This document shows positions 56,287 to 64,000 of a DNA stretch of 64,000 nt, one piece after another (position 1 is the first letter of the stretch; each line of letters opens with the position of its first letter). Below the pieces are notes generated by a model. It was not told the origin of the DNA. It saw only the letters and a program-made list of their open reading frames with translations, and did no database searches. The position numbers and the translations under genes are program-made. Source of the stretch: Myxococcales bacterium (lineage in GTDB: Bacteria; Myxococcota_A; Polyangia; Polyangiales; Polyangiaceae); NCBI GenBank assembly GCA_043747615.1, contig JAYTOU010000060.1, forward strand, positions 128,001-192,000. The letters are read 5' to 3'.

Positions 56287-57681
56287 ATGCCCGCACTTCC
56301 CGGTTGGCTGACGGAACTTTCGCCGATTGCCGCTCTCCTGGTGGTGATTGCCGTCGTCGTCTCGCGCCTCCCGAAGGTGGAGCTCGGTCACTCGAAGGCG
56401 TTCCTCCAGCGCCGCTTCTTCAACTGGTTTTCGGTCGGCATGACGTACGCGTTCCTCTACATGGGGCGCTACAACGTCAACGTCTGCAAGAACGCTCTCG
56501 GCAGCTCGATGTCCAAAGGGGACTTCGGGACGATCTTCTTTTGGGGGACGCTCACCTACGGGTTGTCGTTCTTGATCAACGGTCCGCTCGCCGACCGCCT
56601 CGGTGGACGCAAGACGATCATGATTTCGGCGATGGGTTCCGCGATCATGAATCTGGCCATGGGCGCTGTCCTCTTTTCGGGGAGACGGACGAACCTCGTG
56701 GGGATCTTCTCGCTTCTCTACGCGATCAACATGTACTTCCAGAGCTTTGGCGCCGTGTCGATCGTGAAGGTCAACGCCGCCTGGTTCCACGTTCGTGAGC
56801 GAGGCACGTTCGGCGGCATCTTCGGGATTCTCATCTCGCTCGGTATCTATTTCGCATTCGACTGGGGCCGGCTCATCGTCGAGCACGCGCCGGTCCACTG
56901 GGTGTTTTTCACACCGACGATCATTCTCGTCGTGCTCACCGTCGTCGATTATTTCATGGTGCGCGACACGCCCGCCTCCGCCGGCCTGGCCGACTTCGAC
57001 ACCGCGGATGCCTCCTCGGGCGACGACGGTCCGCCCCTCAAAGTGTGGAGCGTCGCCACGTTGATGCTCCGCAACCCCGTCATCATGACGATTGCCGTCG
57101 TCGAGTTCTGCAGCGGCTTTCTCCGCAACGCGATCATGCAGTGGTATTCCATCTTCGCAAAAGAAACGGGGATCGCGGGCAGCTTCATTCCGAAGCACTG
57201 GGGCATGCTCCTCTGCATCGCGGGCATCCTCGGCGGGATGATGGCGGGCGTGATCTCAGATCGCGTTTTCCAGTCGCGCCGCGGCCCGGTCTGCGCCGTC
57301 CTCTATGGAGCCATGCTCGCCGGCACGTGCGGCATCTTCTTCCTCCTAGATTCTCCGTATCTCGGTGTCCTCATGCTGCTGATGTCGATGTGCATCATCG
57401 GCGTACACGGGATGCTCTCTGGAACGGCCAGCATGGATTTCGGCGGAAAGAAAAACGTCGGCGTCGCGGTGGGGATCATCGACGGCTTCGTGTACCTCGG
57501 CACGGCGGCCGAGGCCGTTGCACTTGGGCGCGTCCTGCCGGCAGACAAGCTCGCGAAGCTCCCGGCCAACTGGTGGACGTGGCCGGCGGTCATGCTGCCG
57601 CTCGCCGTTGTCGGGTGTCTCCTTGTGAGCCGGTTGTGGAACGCAAAGCCAAAGCCGAAGGCCTTCGCCGCGACGCACTAG
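56287..57681 (+). CDS. MFS transporter, OPA (GlpT/UhpC-like) family
   Basis: YMGRYN, GPLADRLGGRK, WFHVRERGT, VRDTP, AVGIIDGFVYLG. Confidence 0.88.
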   Translation: MPALPGWLTELSPIAALLVVIAVVVSRLPKVELGHSKAFLQRRFFNWFSVGMTYAFLYMGRYNVNVCKNALGSSMSKGDFGTIFFWGTLTYGLSFLINGPLADRLGGRKTIMISAMGSAIMNLAMGAVLFSGRRTNLVGIFSLLYAINMYFQSFGAVSIVKVNAAWFHVRERGTFGGIFGILISLGIYFAFDWGRLIVEHAPVHWVFFTPTIILVVLTVVDYFMVRDTPASAGLADFDTADASSGDDGPPLKVWSVATLMLRNPVIMTIAVVEFCSGFLRNAIMQWYSIFAKETGIAGSFIPKHWGMLLCIAGILGGMMAGVISDRVFQSRRGPVCAVLYGAMLAGTCGIFFLLDSPYLGVLMLLMSMCIIGVHGMLSGTASMDFGGKKNVGVAVGIIDGFVYLGTAAEAVALGRVLPADKLAKLPANWWTWPAVMLPLAVVGCLLVSRLWNAKPKPKAFAATH

Positions 57682-57734
57682 GACCGGTCTCGGAATTCCG
57701 AGCGTCGAATTTCGCTGGCGTCGCTCGGTGATGC

Positions 57735-59243
57735 TCAGGGGCAGTCGCCCGCGGGCGCGGGACCACCGCAGCCGCCGCTGGTCTTGCACGTGCAAAGGGT
57801 GCCGCCTAAGCACACCCGGCAATCGGCCACTTTGCAGTCCTTGCCGGCGCGAGCGTCGCAGCAGCTGTTGCACGTCGCTTTTCGCGCCGCGCAAGTCCCG
57901 TTGGTGGCGCAGTAGAAGCCAGCCGCGCAGCCGCTGTCGTTCGTGCAGCTCGTTGGACAGCTCGAGATCGAGCCGTCGCACACGAATGGGGAGCATGTTG
58001 TCGGACGGCCGGGCTTCCCTCCTGAGGCAGTGCCGCACGTACCATTGGTCGTGGCGCCCAGCGACGTGGAGCATGTCTGGCACGCTTGACCGCACGCCGT
58101 GTCGCAGCAGAAGCCGTCCACGCAGTTGCCCGTCACGCACTCGCGGCACGCCCCCGCGACTTTGCATTGCGTCGCGAGGTTGCACACCCCCCCTTGCGCC
58201 TTGCGGGTGACGCACGTCCCGGTGTCGTCGCAGTAGTCGGCGGCCACGCAGCCAGTGTCATCGACGCACGTAGTCGGGCACGTCACTGCGCCACCGCAGA
58301 CGAAAGGCGCGCACGATCCATGTCCGGCAGATCCTGCGGGAACGGTGACGCAAGTCCCGTCGGCAGATGATCCCGCGAAGACCGAGCATGCCTGGCATGC
58401 GCTCCCGCACGCGGCGTTGCAGCAGAATCCATCGACGCAGCCACCGGCCGACGAGCACTCGCGGCAGACACCCGGGACGTTGCAGTCCGCCGAGAGGTTG
58501 CACGCTCCGGACGCCTTTCGTGGAACGCAGTGCCCGGTTTGGTCGCAGTAGTCCGTCGTCGCGCACGTGGCGTCAGTCACGCACGTGGTGCCGCACGCGT
58601 TGCCGTTGCACAAGTACGGGCCGCACGAGGTCGTAGGGTCGGTGCACGCTCCCCCCACGCACACGTGATCGGTCCGCGTATCGATCGTGCACGTCGTCGC
58701 CCCGCACGAGGTGGAGTTTGGCGCGGTGCACGTGCCGTCGCCGGCGCATTTGCCGAGCTCGCAAGTCGCGACGTTCAGGGCGCATGTGTTGTGCGGATCC
58801 TGGGTCGCGGGAACGTTCGTGCACGCCCCCGAAAAGCCCGTAACGTTGCACGCACGGCAACCGTTGCAGTTGGCAGCGGTCTGAGCGCAGCACACGGAGT
58901 CGACGCAGTTGCCCGTCGCGCACTGGCCATCCACGGTGCATGCGGTCCCCGCCGAGACCTTCGGTGCGCAGCGGAGAGCGTTGCAGTAGCTGGCAGCACC
59001 GCAGTCGCGCGCGAGGGCGCACACTTTGCCGTCCACACACGCGCCGCACGTGCCACCACCGCAGTCGATGTCCGTCTCGCTTCCGTTCTTCACGCCGTCG
59101 GCGCACGAGGCGCTCGCAACGTCGACCGACGCGTCGTTGGCGGATGCGTCGAGATCGATCACGCCGGCTTGGTCGAGGCTGCAGCCGTCGACCACGGGGA
59201 CGACGAGGAGGAGCAATCCAAATAAGAACGCGAGTCGCCTCAT
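57735..59243 (-). CDS. Cys-rich repeat lipoprotein
   Basis: Signal/lipobox VDGC; CADGVKNGSETDIDCGG; repeated CVDGxCC..AC...CxxC units. Confidence 0.8.
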   Translation of the reverse strand: MRRLAFLFGLLLLVVPVVDGCSLDQAGVIDLDASANDASVDVASASCADGVKNGSETDIDCGGGTCGACVDGKVCALARDCGAASYCNALRCAPKVSAGTACTVDGQCATGNCVDSVCCAQTAANCNGCRACNVTGFSGACTNVPATQDPHNTCALNVATCELGKCAGDGTCTAPNSTSCGATTCTIDTRTDHVCVGGACTDPTTSCGPYLCNGNACGTTCVTDATCATTDYCDQTGHCVPRKASGACNLSADCNVPGVCRECSSAGGCVDGFCCNAACGSACQACSVFAGSSADGTCVTVPAGSAGHGSCAPFVCGGAVTCPTTCVDDTGCVAADYCDDTGTCVTRKAQGGVCNLATQCKVAGACRECVTGNCVDGFCCDTACGQACQTCSTSLGATTNGTCGTASGGKPGRPTTCSPFVCDGSISSCPTSCTNDSGCAAGFYCATNGTCAARKATCNSCCDARAGKDCKVADCRVCLGGTLCTCKTSGGCGGPAPAGDCP

Positions 59244-59386
59244 CTCCTAAGAATAGCCTAAGAAATGGGGGCACGAGGCGACGTTTCAGGGAGGAAACGG
59301 AGGCGCGCGACTGTCCACGGACAGCGTTCCGGACAGGTTGGACAGCCCACCAGAGCGTTTTTCCTCGGCGTTTTACGCTATGCACG

Positions 59387-59403
59387 CAGGCACGCCCCTC
59401 GCT
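59387..59403 (+). promoter_or_regulatory. Possible sigma54 promoter
   Basis: AGGCACG-CCCC-TCGCT (GG 59389-90, GC 59401-02); predicted +1 near 59414, ATG 59415. Confidence 0.5.
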
Positions 59404-59414
59404 AGGTGCGCGGT

Positions 59415-60272
59415 ATGAATGCCCGACTCCGAAGCGTCACCCTCCTCGCGCTCGTCTTCCTCGTGCTCTCGGTGGCTCGTTCGGCCCGCGCCTCGCCGAC
59501 CGAAGATCGCCTCGAAGAGCGCTACCTCGACGGTGAAATCGACGCCTACGATTTCGCGCACGGTAGCGAAAAGCGCGGCGAGAGCTGGATCAGCCTCGCG
59601 GGCTTCGGCGGCTCTTACCAACGCGGAACGCGGCTCGGTGCCATGGCCATCGTAGGAGTCGCCTTCGATCGCGTCGCGGCGCGCCCTCCCGCCCGCCGGC
59701 GCGTCACCTCATTGGCGAGCTTCGCGATCGACGCGGGCGACGGAGTGTCCATCCATCCTCCACGGCGTATCCTGGTCACTCCTGGCGTCGCGCGAAGGGC
59801 AGTCGCCGCCGCCTGGCGCACGTCGGGGCTCGGCTCGGACGACGCGCGCATCGCCGACATGGTCTCCCGCGCCCACTGGAGCAGCCTCCTTCCGGAGACC
59901 CGTCTTCGCGTCATGCGGCGCTTCGACGACGCCGACACGGCCACTCCGTCACCGACGAGCCGCTACACCGACACGGCTCATTTGTGGCTGGAAGCGCGTA
60001 TGACATGGCGGATCGATCGCCTTCTTTATACCGAGGACGAGCCGTCCATCGAGCGGATCCGCGACGACCGAAGCGAGGCCCGCGCGCGGATCGCGGCCAG
60101 GGTCCTTCTCGTTCTCGGGCAGTGGCAGCGCGCTTGGGCCGAGGCGAGAGCCGCACCCCCCGAATCCCCCGACGGGTTCGACGCCAGCCTCCGCATGTCG
60201 GAAACGGAGTCCGCGCTGGAGGTCCTGACCGGTGGCTGGTTCACCGCCTGGAGAGCGAATCTCCATGAGTGA
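59415..60272 (+). CDS. Secreted hypothetical protein
   Basis: Signal peptide ...SARAS; SRAHWSSLLPETRLR, TWRIDRLLY, LEVLTGGWF. Confidence 0.7.
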   Translation: MNARLRSVTLLALVFLVLSVARSARASPTEDRLEERYLDGEIDAYDFAHGSEKRGESWISLAGFGGSYQRGTRLGAMAIVGVAFDRVAARPPARRRVTSLASFAIDAGDGVSIHPPRRILVTPGVARRAVAAAWRTSGLGSDDARIADMVSRAHWSSLLPETRLRVMRRFDDADTATPSPTSRYTDTAHLWLEARMTWRIDRLLYTEDEPSIERIRDDRSEARARIAARVLLVLGQWQRAWAEARAAPPESPDGFDASLRMSETESALEVLTGGWFTAWRANLHE

Positions 60273-60306
60273 TCGAGGGAGGTTTCCATGCTAATTCTCC
60301 CCTCCC

Positions 60307-61450
60307 ATGCTCAGCGAATCCCGGGACCATCTCGTCGACCTCCAAAGGCGCCTCATGGCGCTAAGGGGGCATCTTTGACCTCCCGAGACTGAAGAAGGAA
60401 ATCGAGCGTCTCGGTGAGCAGACACTCGCTCCCGGATTTTGGGACGATCAAAAGAAGGCGCAGTCGCTCACTCGAAAGCGCTCTTCCCACGAGCAAACCG
60501 TCACCGTTTTCGAAAAGCTCTGGGGCGACGTCGACGACGCAAAGGTGCTCCTCGATCTCGGCGCCGCGGAGAACGACGAGTCGGTCATCTCCGAGGTGGA
60601 AAACACACTCCCCGGGCTCGAGAAACGCGTTCGCACCGCGGAGCTCGAGCGCATGTTGGCCGGCCCGGTCGATCACGCGAACGCCATCGTCAGCATTCAT
60701 CCCGGAGCAGGCGGCACCGACGCCAAGGACTGGGCGGCGATGCTCCTTCGCATGTACCTCAGGTGGTGCGAGCGCCGGGGCTACAAAACCGAGATGGTCG
60801 ACTACCAGGACGGCGAAGAAGCGGGCATCGACGCTGCGTCCTTCACGGTAGCGGGCGAAGCGGCGTACGGCTATCTACGCTCCGAAGCGGGGGTCCATCG
60901 CCTCGTCCGCATGAGCCCGTTCAACGCCGACCACACGCGGCAAACTGCCTTCGCCGCCGTCGAGGTCACGCCCGACACGGACGAGGACATCAACGTCGTC
61001 ATCAACGAGAAGGACATCGAGATCACGACGATGCGCGCCGGCGGAAAGGGCGGGCAGAACGTCAACAAGGTCGAGACGGCGGTTCGTCTCCGTCACCTCC
61101 CGACCGGGCTGAACATCGTGTGCCGCGCCGAGCGAAGCCAGCACCAGAACCGAGCGATGGCTATGAAGGTCCTCAAGGCCAAGCTCTACGAGCTGGAGCT
61201 CCTTCGACGTGAGCAAGAGACGGCGGTCTACAACGCCGGAAAGAGCGCCATCAACTTCGGCAGCCAGATCCGAAATTACGTCCTCGCCCCGTACCGCCTG
61301 GTGAAAGACGCGCGCACCGCCTACGAGGAAGGCAACGTCGACTCCGTGCTCGACGGGGATCTCGACGGCTTCATCGAGGCCTACCTCTTGGCCGCCGCCG
61401 GCGGGAATCTCAAAAAAGGCGGCTCTGTCGAAGACTCCCCCGATGCGTGA
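60307..61450 (+). CDS. prfB: Peptide chain release factor 2 (programmed +1 frameshift)
   Basis: ATG 60307; internal SD AGGGGG 60364-69; CTT-TGA-C at 60373-79; SPF and GGQ motifs in the +1 frame. Confidence 0.96.
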
Positions 61451-61479
61451 CGTTAGCGACTACACCAACGGCCTTACCG

Positions 61480-63210
61480 ATGACTGACTCGAATTCGCGC
61501 ACCAGCCACGTTCCCGACACAGATCGCGAGGTCGCCGGTCACTCGGCCGAGCACGCCATCATGGAAGCTCGCCGTGCCAAGGCAGAGCGGGTCCGCGCAC
61601 GCGGGGAAAATCCCTTCGCGAACGACGTGCGGCCCTTGTCGCCCAGTGCGATCACGGTGGATCTCGCCGAGCTCCGCGCGCGCGTCGAAACGGCAAAAAC
61701 CGAAGGCAAGTACGCCGAAGACGCAGTCAAGAAGCTCGCTGGCGCACAGATCTTCCACGTGCGCGGCCGGGTCGTCGCCCTCCGTTCGACGGGCGGGCTC
61801 TCCTTCCTTCGCCTCCGCGATCGCACCGGAGAAATGCAGCTCTTGGTCAGCGAGGCCACGCTCGGCGAAAGCTACGGGCGCCTCGAGGACCTCGATGTGG
61901 GCGACATCGTCGAGTCCGAAGGGACCCTCACCTCCTCGAAGCGGGGCGAGCTCTCCATCGAGCCGTCGCGCATCCGCCTCGTCACCAAGGCCATCCGCCC
62001 TCTTCCCGAAAAGTGGCACGGCCTGCAGGACGTCGAGACTCGCTACCGACAGCGCTACCTCGATCTCATCGCGAACCCCCCCGTCGCCGACGTCTTTCGC
62101 GCGCGCAGCCACATCGTCCGCGCCACCCGCACGATCCTCGATCACGCTGGATTTCTCGAGGTGGAAACGCCGACCATGCACACGCTGATCGGTGGCGCGG
62201 CGGCCAAACCCTTCCTCACACACCACAACGCGCTCGACATGGATCTCTTCATGCGCATCGCGCCCGAGCTCTACTTGAAGCGGCTCGTCGTTGGCGGCCT
62301 CGAGCGCGTATACGAAATCGGTCGCTGCTACCGGAACGAGGGGATCTCGACGCGCCACAACCCCGAGTTCACGATGCTGGAATTTTATCAGGCCTACTCC
62401 ACCTACGAAGACCTGATGAATTTCACCGAGGTGATGATCCGAGGGATCGACGCCGATCTCGCGAGGGTGATGCCGCCGGCTCATGCCGCGTGGGCTGCTG
62501 CGCGTCCGTTTGCGATCGACGAGCCGTTCGTTCGGGTGTCGATGGATCGCGCCGTAGCCGATGGTGCGAAGAAGACCGAGATCGCGGCGTGGGCCAAGGC
62601 TATCTCGTCGGCGGGCGGAGCTGGTCTGGTCACGCTTCTGGCCCCGCCAGGCCCTGAGAAGAGCGACTTCGTGGACAGCATGAAGGAGTGGTCCAAGAGC
62701 TCGGCGCGGGCGAAGAAGATCGACTGGAGCAACTTCCGAAAAGGGTTCGCCAAGTGCGACAACGACGGCGAGCGCCTTTTTGCCTGTTACGAGTACCTGG
62801 TCGAGCCGTTTCTGACTGAAGACTACCGCTCCGCCGACGGCACGCGCTCGCTTCCGGTGTTCGTCAAAGATTACCCTTTCGAGACTTCACCGCTCGCCCG
62901 CAGGAATGATGCGCACCCTTCGCTCGTCGATCGGTTCGAGCTCTTCGTGCACGGTCGCGAGCTCTGCAACGCGTTCAGCGAGCTCAACGACCCCGATGAT
63001 CAAGCCGCTCGCTTCCGCGCTCAAGTCGAGAAGAAAGCTCAAGGCGCCGAGGAAACCATGGATTTCGACGCGGACTACATTCGCGCGCTCGAGCACGGCA
63101 TGCCTCCCGCCGCCGGCTTCGGCATGGGAATGGACCGCCTGACCATGATGCTCACCAACGCCCCCTCCATTCGCGACGTGGTCCTCTTCCCGCTCCTCCG
63201 GCCCGAGTGA
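61480..63210 (+). CDS. lysS: Lysine--tRNA ligase (class II)
   Basis: PLPEKWHGL, RYRQRYLDL, LRIAPE-like MRIAPELYLKRL, YRNEGISTRHNPEF, GMGMDRL. Alternative GTG 61447. Confidence 0.96.
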   Translation: MTDSNSRTSHVPDTDREVAGHSAEHAIMEARRAKAERVRARGENPFANDVRPLSPSAITVDLAELRARVETAKTEGKYAEDAVKKLAGAQIFHVRGRVVALRSTGGLSFLRLRDRTGEMQLLVSEATLGESYGRLEDLDVGDIVESEGTLTSSKRGELSIEPSRIRLVTKAIRPLPEKWHGLQDVETRYRQRYLDLIANPPVADVFRARSHIVRATRTILDHAGFLEVETPTMHTLIGGAAAKPFLTHHNALDMDLFMRIAPELYLKRLVVGGLERVYEIGRCYRNEGISTRHNPEFTMLEFYQAYSTYEDLMNFTEVMIRGIDADLARVMPPAHAAWAAARPFAIDEPFVRVSMDRAVADGAKKTEIAAWAKAISSAGGAGLVTLLAPPGPEKSDFVDSMKEWSKSSARAKKIDWSNFRKGFAKCDNDGERLFACYEYLVEPFLTEDYRSADGTRSLPVFVKDYPFETSPLARRNDAHPSLVDRFELFVHGRELCNAFSELNDPDDQAARFRAQVEKKAQGAEETMDFDADYIRALEHGMPPAAGFGMGMDRLTMMLTNAPSIRDVVLFPLLRPE

Positions 63211-63214
63211 CGAA

Positions 63215-64000
63215 GTGAGTCCCATTTCGTTAGCGCTCGGCGTGTTTGCCATCGCCGTCGGGGTCGCGATCCTGCTCTACCGGAGTCGCGTCGAGGCCGG
63301 GAAGAAGCACAAAGCCCGCGCGGTCCTGCAGGTGTTCGGCGCCCTCTTCGGAATCAGCTTCGGCGTCTTCACCTACTGGACGCTGCGCCTTCCCGTCCTT
63401 CGAGGTTCGGCCTGGTCGCTCAAAGACACCGTCGTCCGCGGCGTCGCCATCGGGAGCGGCGTGCTCTTCATTCTCATGCTCCTCACGGCCCTTCTTCCGT
63501 GGCTGCTCGATCGGCTGGAAGGGCGCTCGTTCGTATCGTTCGTCAGCGCGCGCCACGTACGCTCGCAAAAGAGCGGTTTTCTCACGGTGATCAGCGTTCT
63601 GTCGATCTGCGGAGTGGCCCTCAGCTCGTGCGCGCTCTCGAGTGTCGTGAGCGTGATGGGCGGCTTCAGCCAAGACTTGAAGCGCAAGATCCTCGGCAAC
63701 AACGCTCACATCGTGATCGACACCGTCAGCCAGTCGCCCTGGGAAGGCGTGAACGACGTGCTCCTCAAGGTGCGCGCCGTTCCCGGTGTGGTCGCCGCGA
63801 CGCCCGTTGCTCAAGGCGAAGTGATGATCTCGAGCCCGTCGAACCTCGCCGGCGTGATCGTGCGCGGCATCGATCCCGAGACCATCGGCGGCGTGATCGA
63901 GCTTCCGAACACCATCGAGGTCGGCAAGTTCGAATACCTCGAGCACCCCGAAAAACTGAAAAAGCTCCCGCCGGACGAAGTGATCGGCCTCGGACCGGGC
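63215..64000 (+). CDS. LolC/E (FtsX-like) ABC permease with N-terminal TM extension (partial)
   Basis: Manual translation from GTG 63215: three extra TMs, then FVSARHVRSQKSGFLTVISVLSICGVALSS...SVMGGFSQDLKRKILGNNAH...GVIVRGIDP. Confidence 0.88.
   Translation, partial: MSPISLALGVFAIAVGVAILLYRSRVEAGKKHKARAVLQVFGALFGISFGVFTYWTLRLPVLRGSAWSLKDTVVRGVAIGSGVLFILMLLTALLPWLLDRLEGRSFVSFVSARHVRSQKSGFLTVISVLSICGVALSSCALSSVVSVMGGFSQDLKRKILGNNAHIVIDTVSQSPWEGVNDVLLKVRAVPGVVAATPVAQGEVMISSPSNLAGVIVRGIDPETIGGVIELPNTIEVGKFEYLEHPEKLKKLPPDEVIGLGPG

Noticed and set aside
57689..57702. Perfect palindrome CTCGGAATTCCGAG between convergent genes
   Set aside because: No U-tract and a single occurrence; too weak to call a terminator or REP
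1..64000. CRISPR array, rRNA, IS/transposase, prophage
   Set aside because: No regularly spaced repeats or diagnostic genes seen

Overview
High-GC bacterial chromosomal segment, inferred to be Myxococcota, probably Polyangiales/Sorangiineae. The basis is MYXO-CTERM-like C-termini, Cys-rich DA-linker lipoproteins, a Ser/Thr kinase-AAA-TPR protein and prfB-lysS-lolC/E synteny. Housekeeping genes are rplS and rplC (both outside their usual operons), rlmE, serS, tRNA-Cys, frameshifted prfB, lysS, yacG and thiO. A ~22 kb Wzy-type surface polysaccharide locus (25085-46812) encodes a priming transferase, a short OPX plus a putative beta-barrel, a PCP with a Tyr-less BY pseudokinase, a Wzy/ligase-family protein, GT4/GT2/GT-C transferases, a lyase, an epimerase, an uncharacterised His-rich enzyme and a flanking GH5. 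Also present are an orphan flavin-dependent halogenase, TetR and MarR units with visible operator palindromes, two eroded pseudogenes, and many probable leaderless promoters. No CRISPR array, rRNA, integrase or transposase was seen. All family calls come from motif recognition only; no database searches were run.
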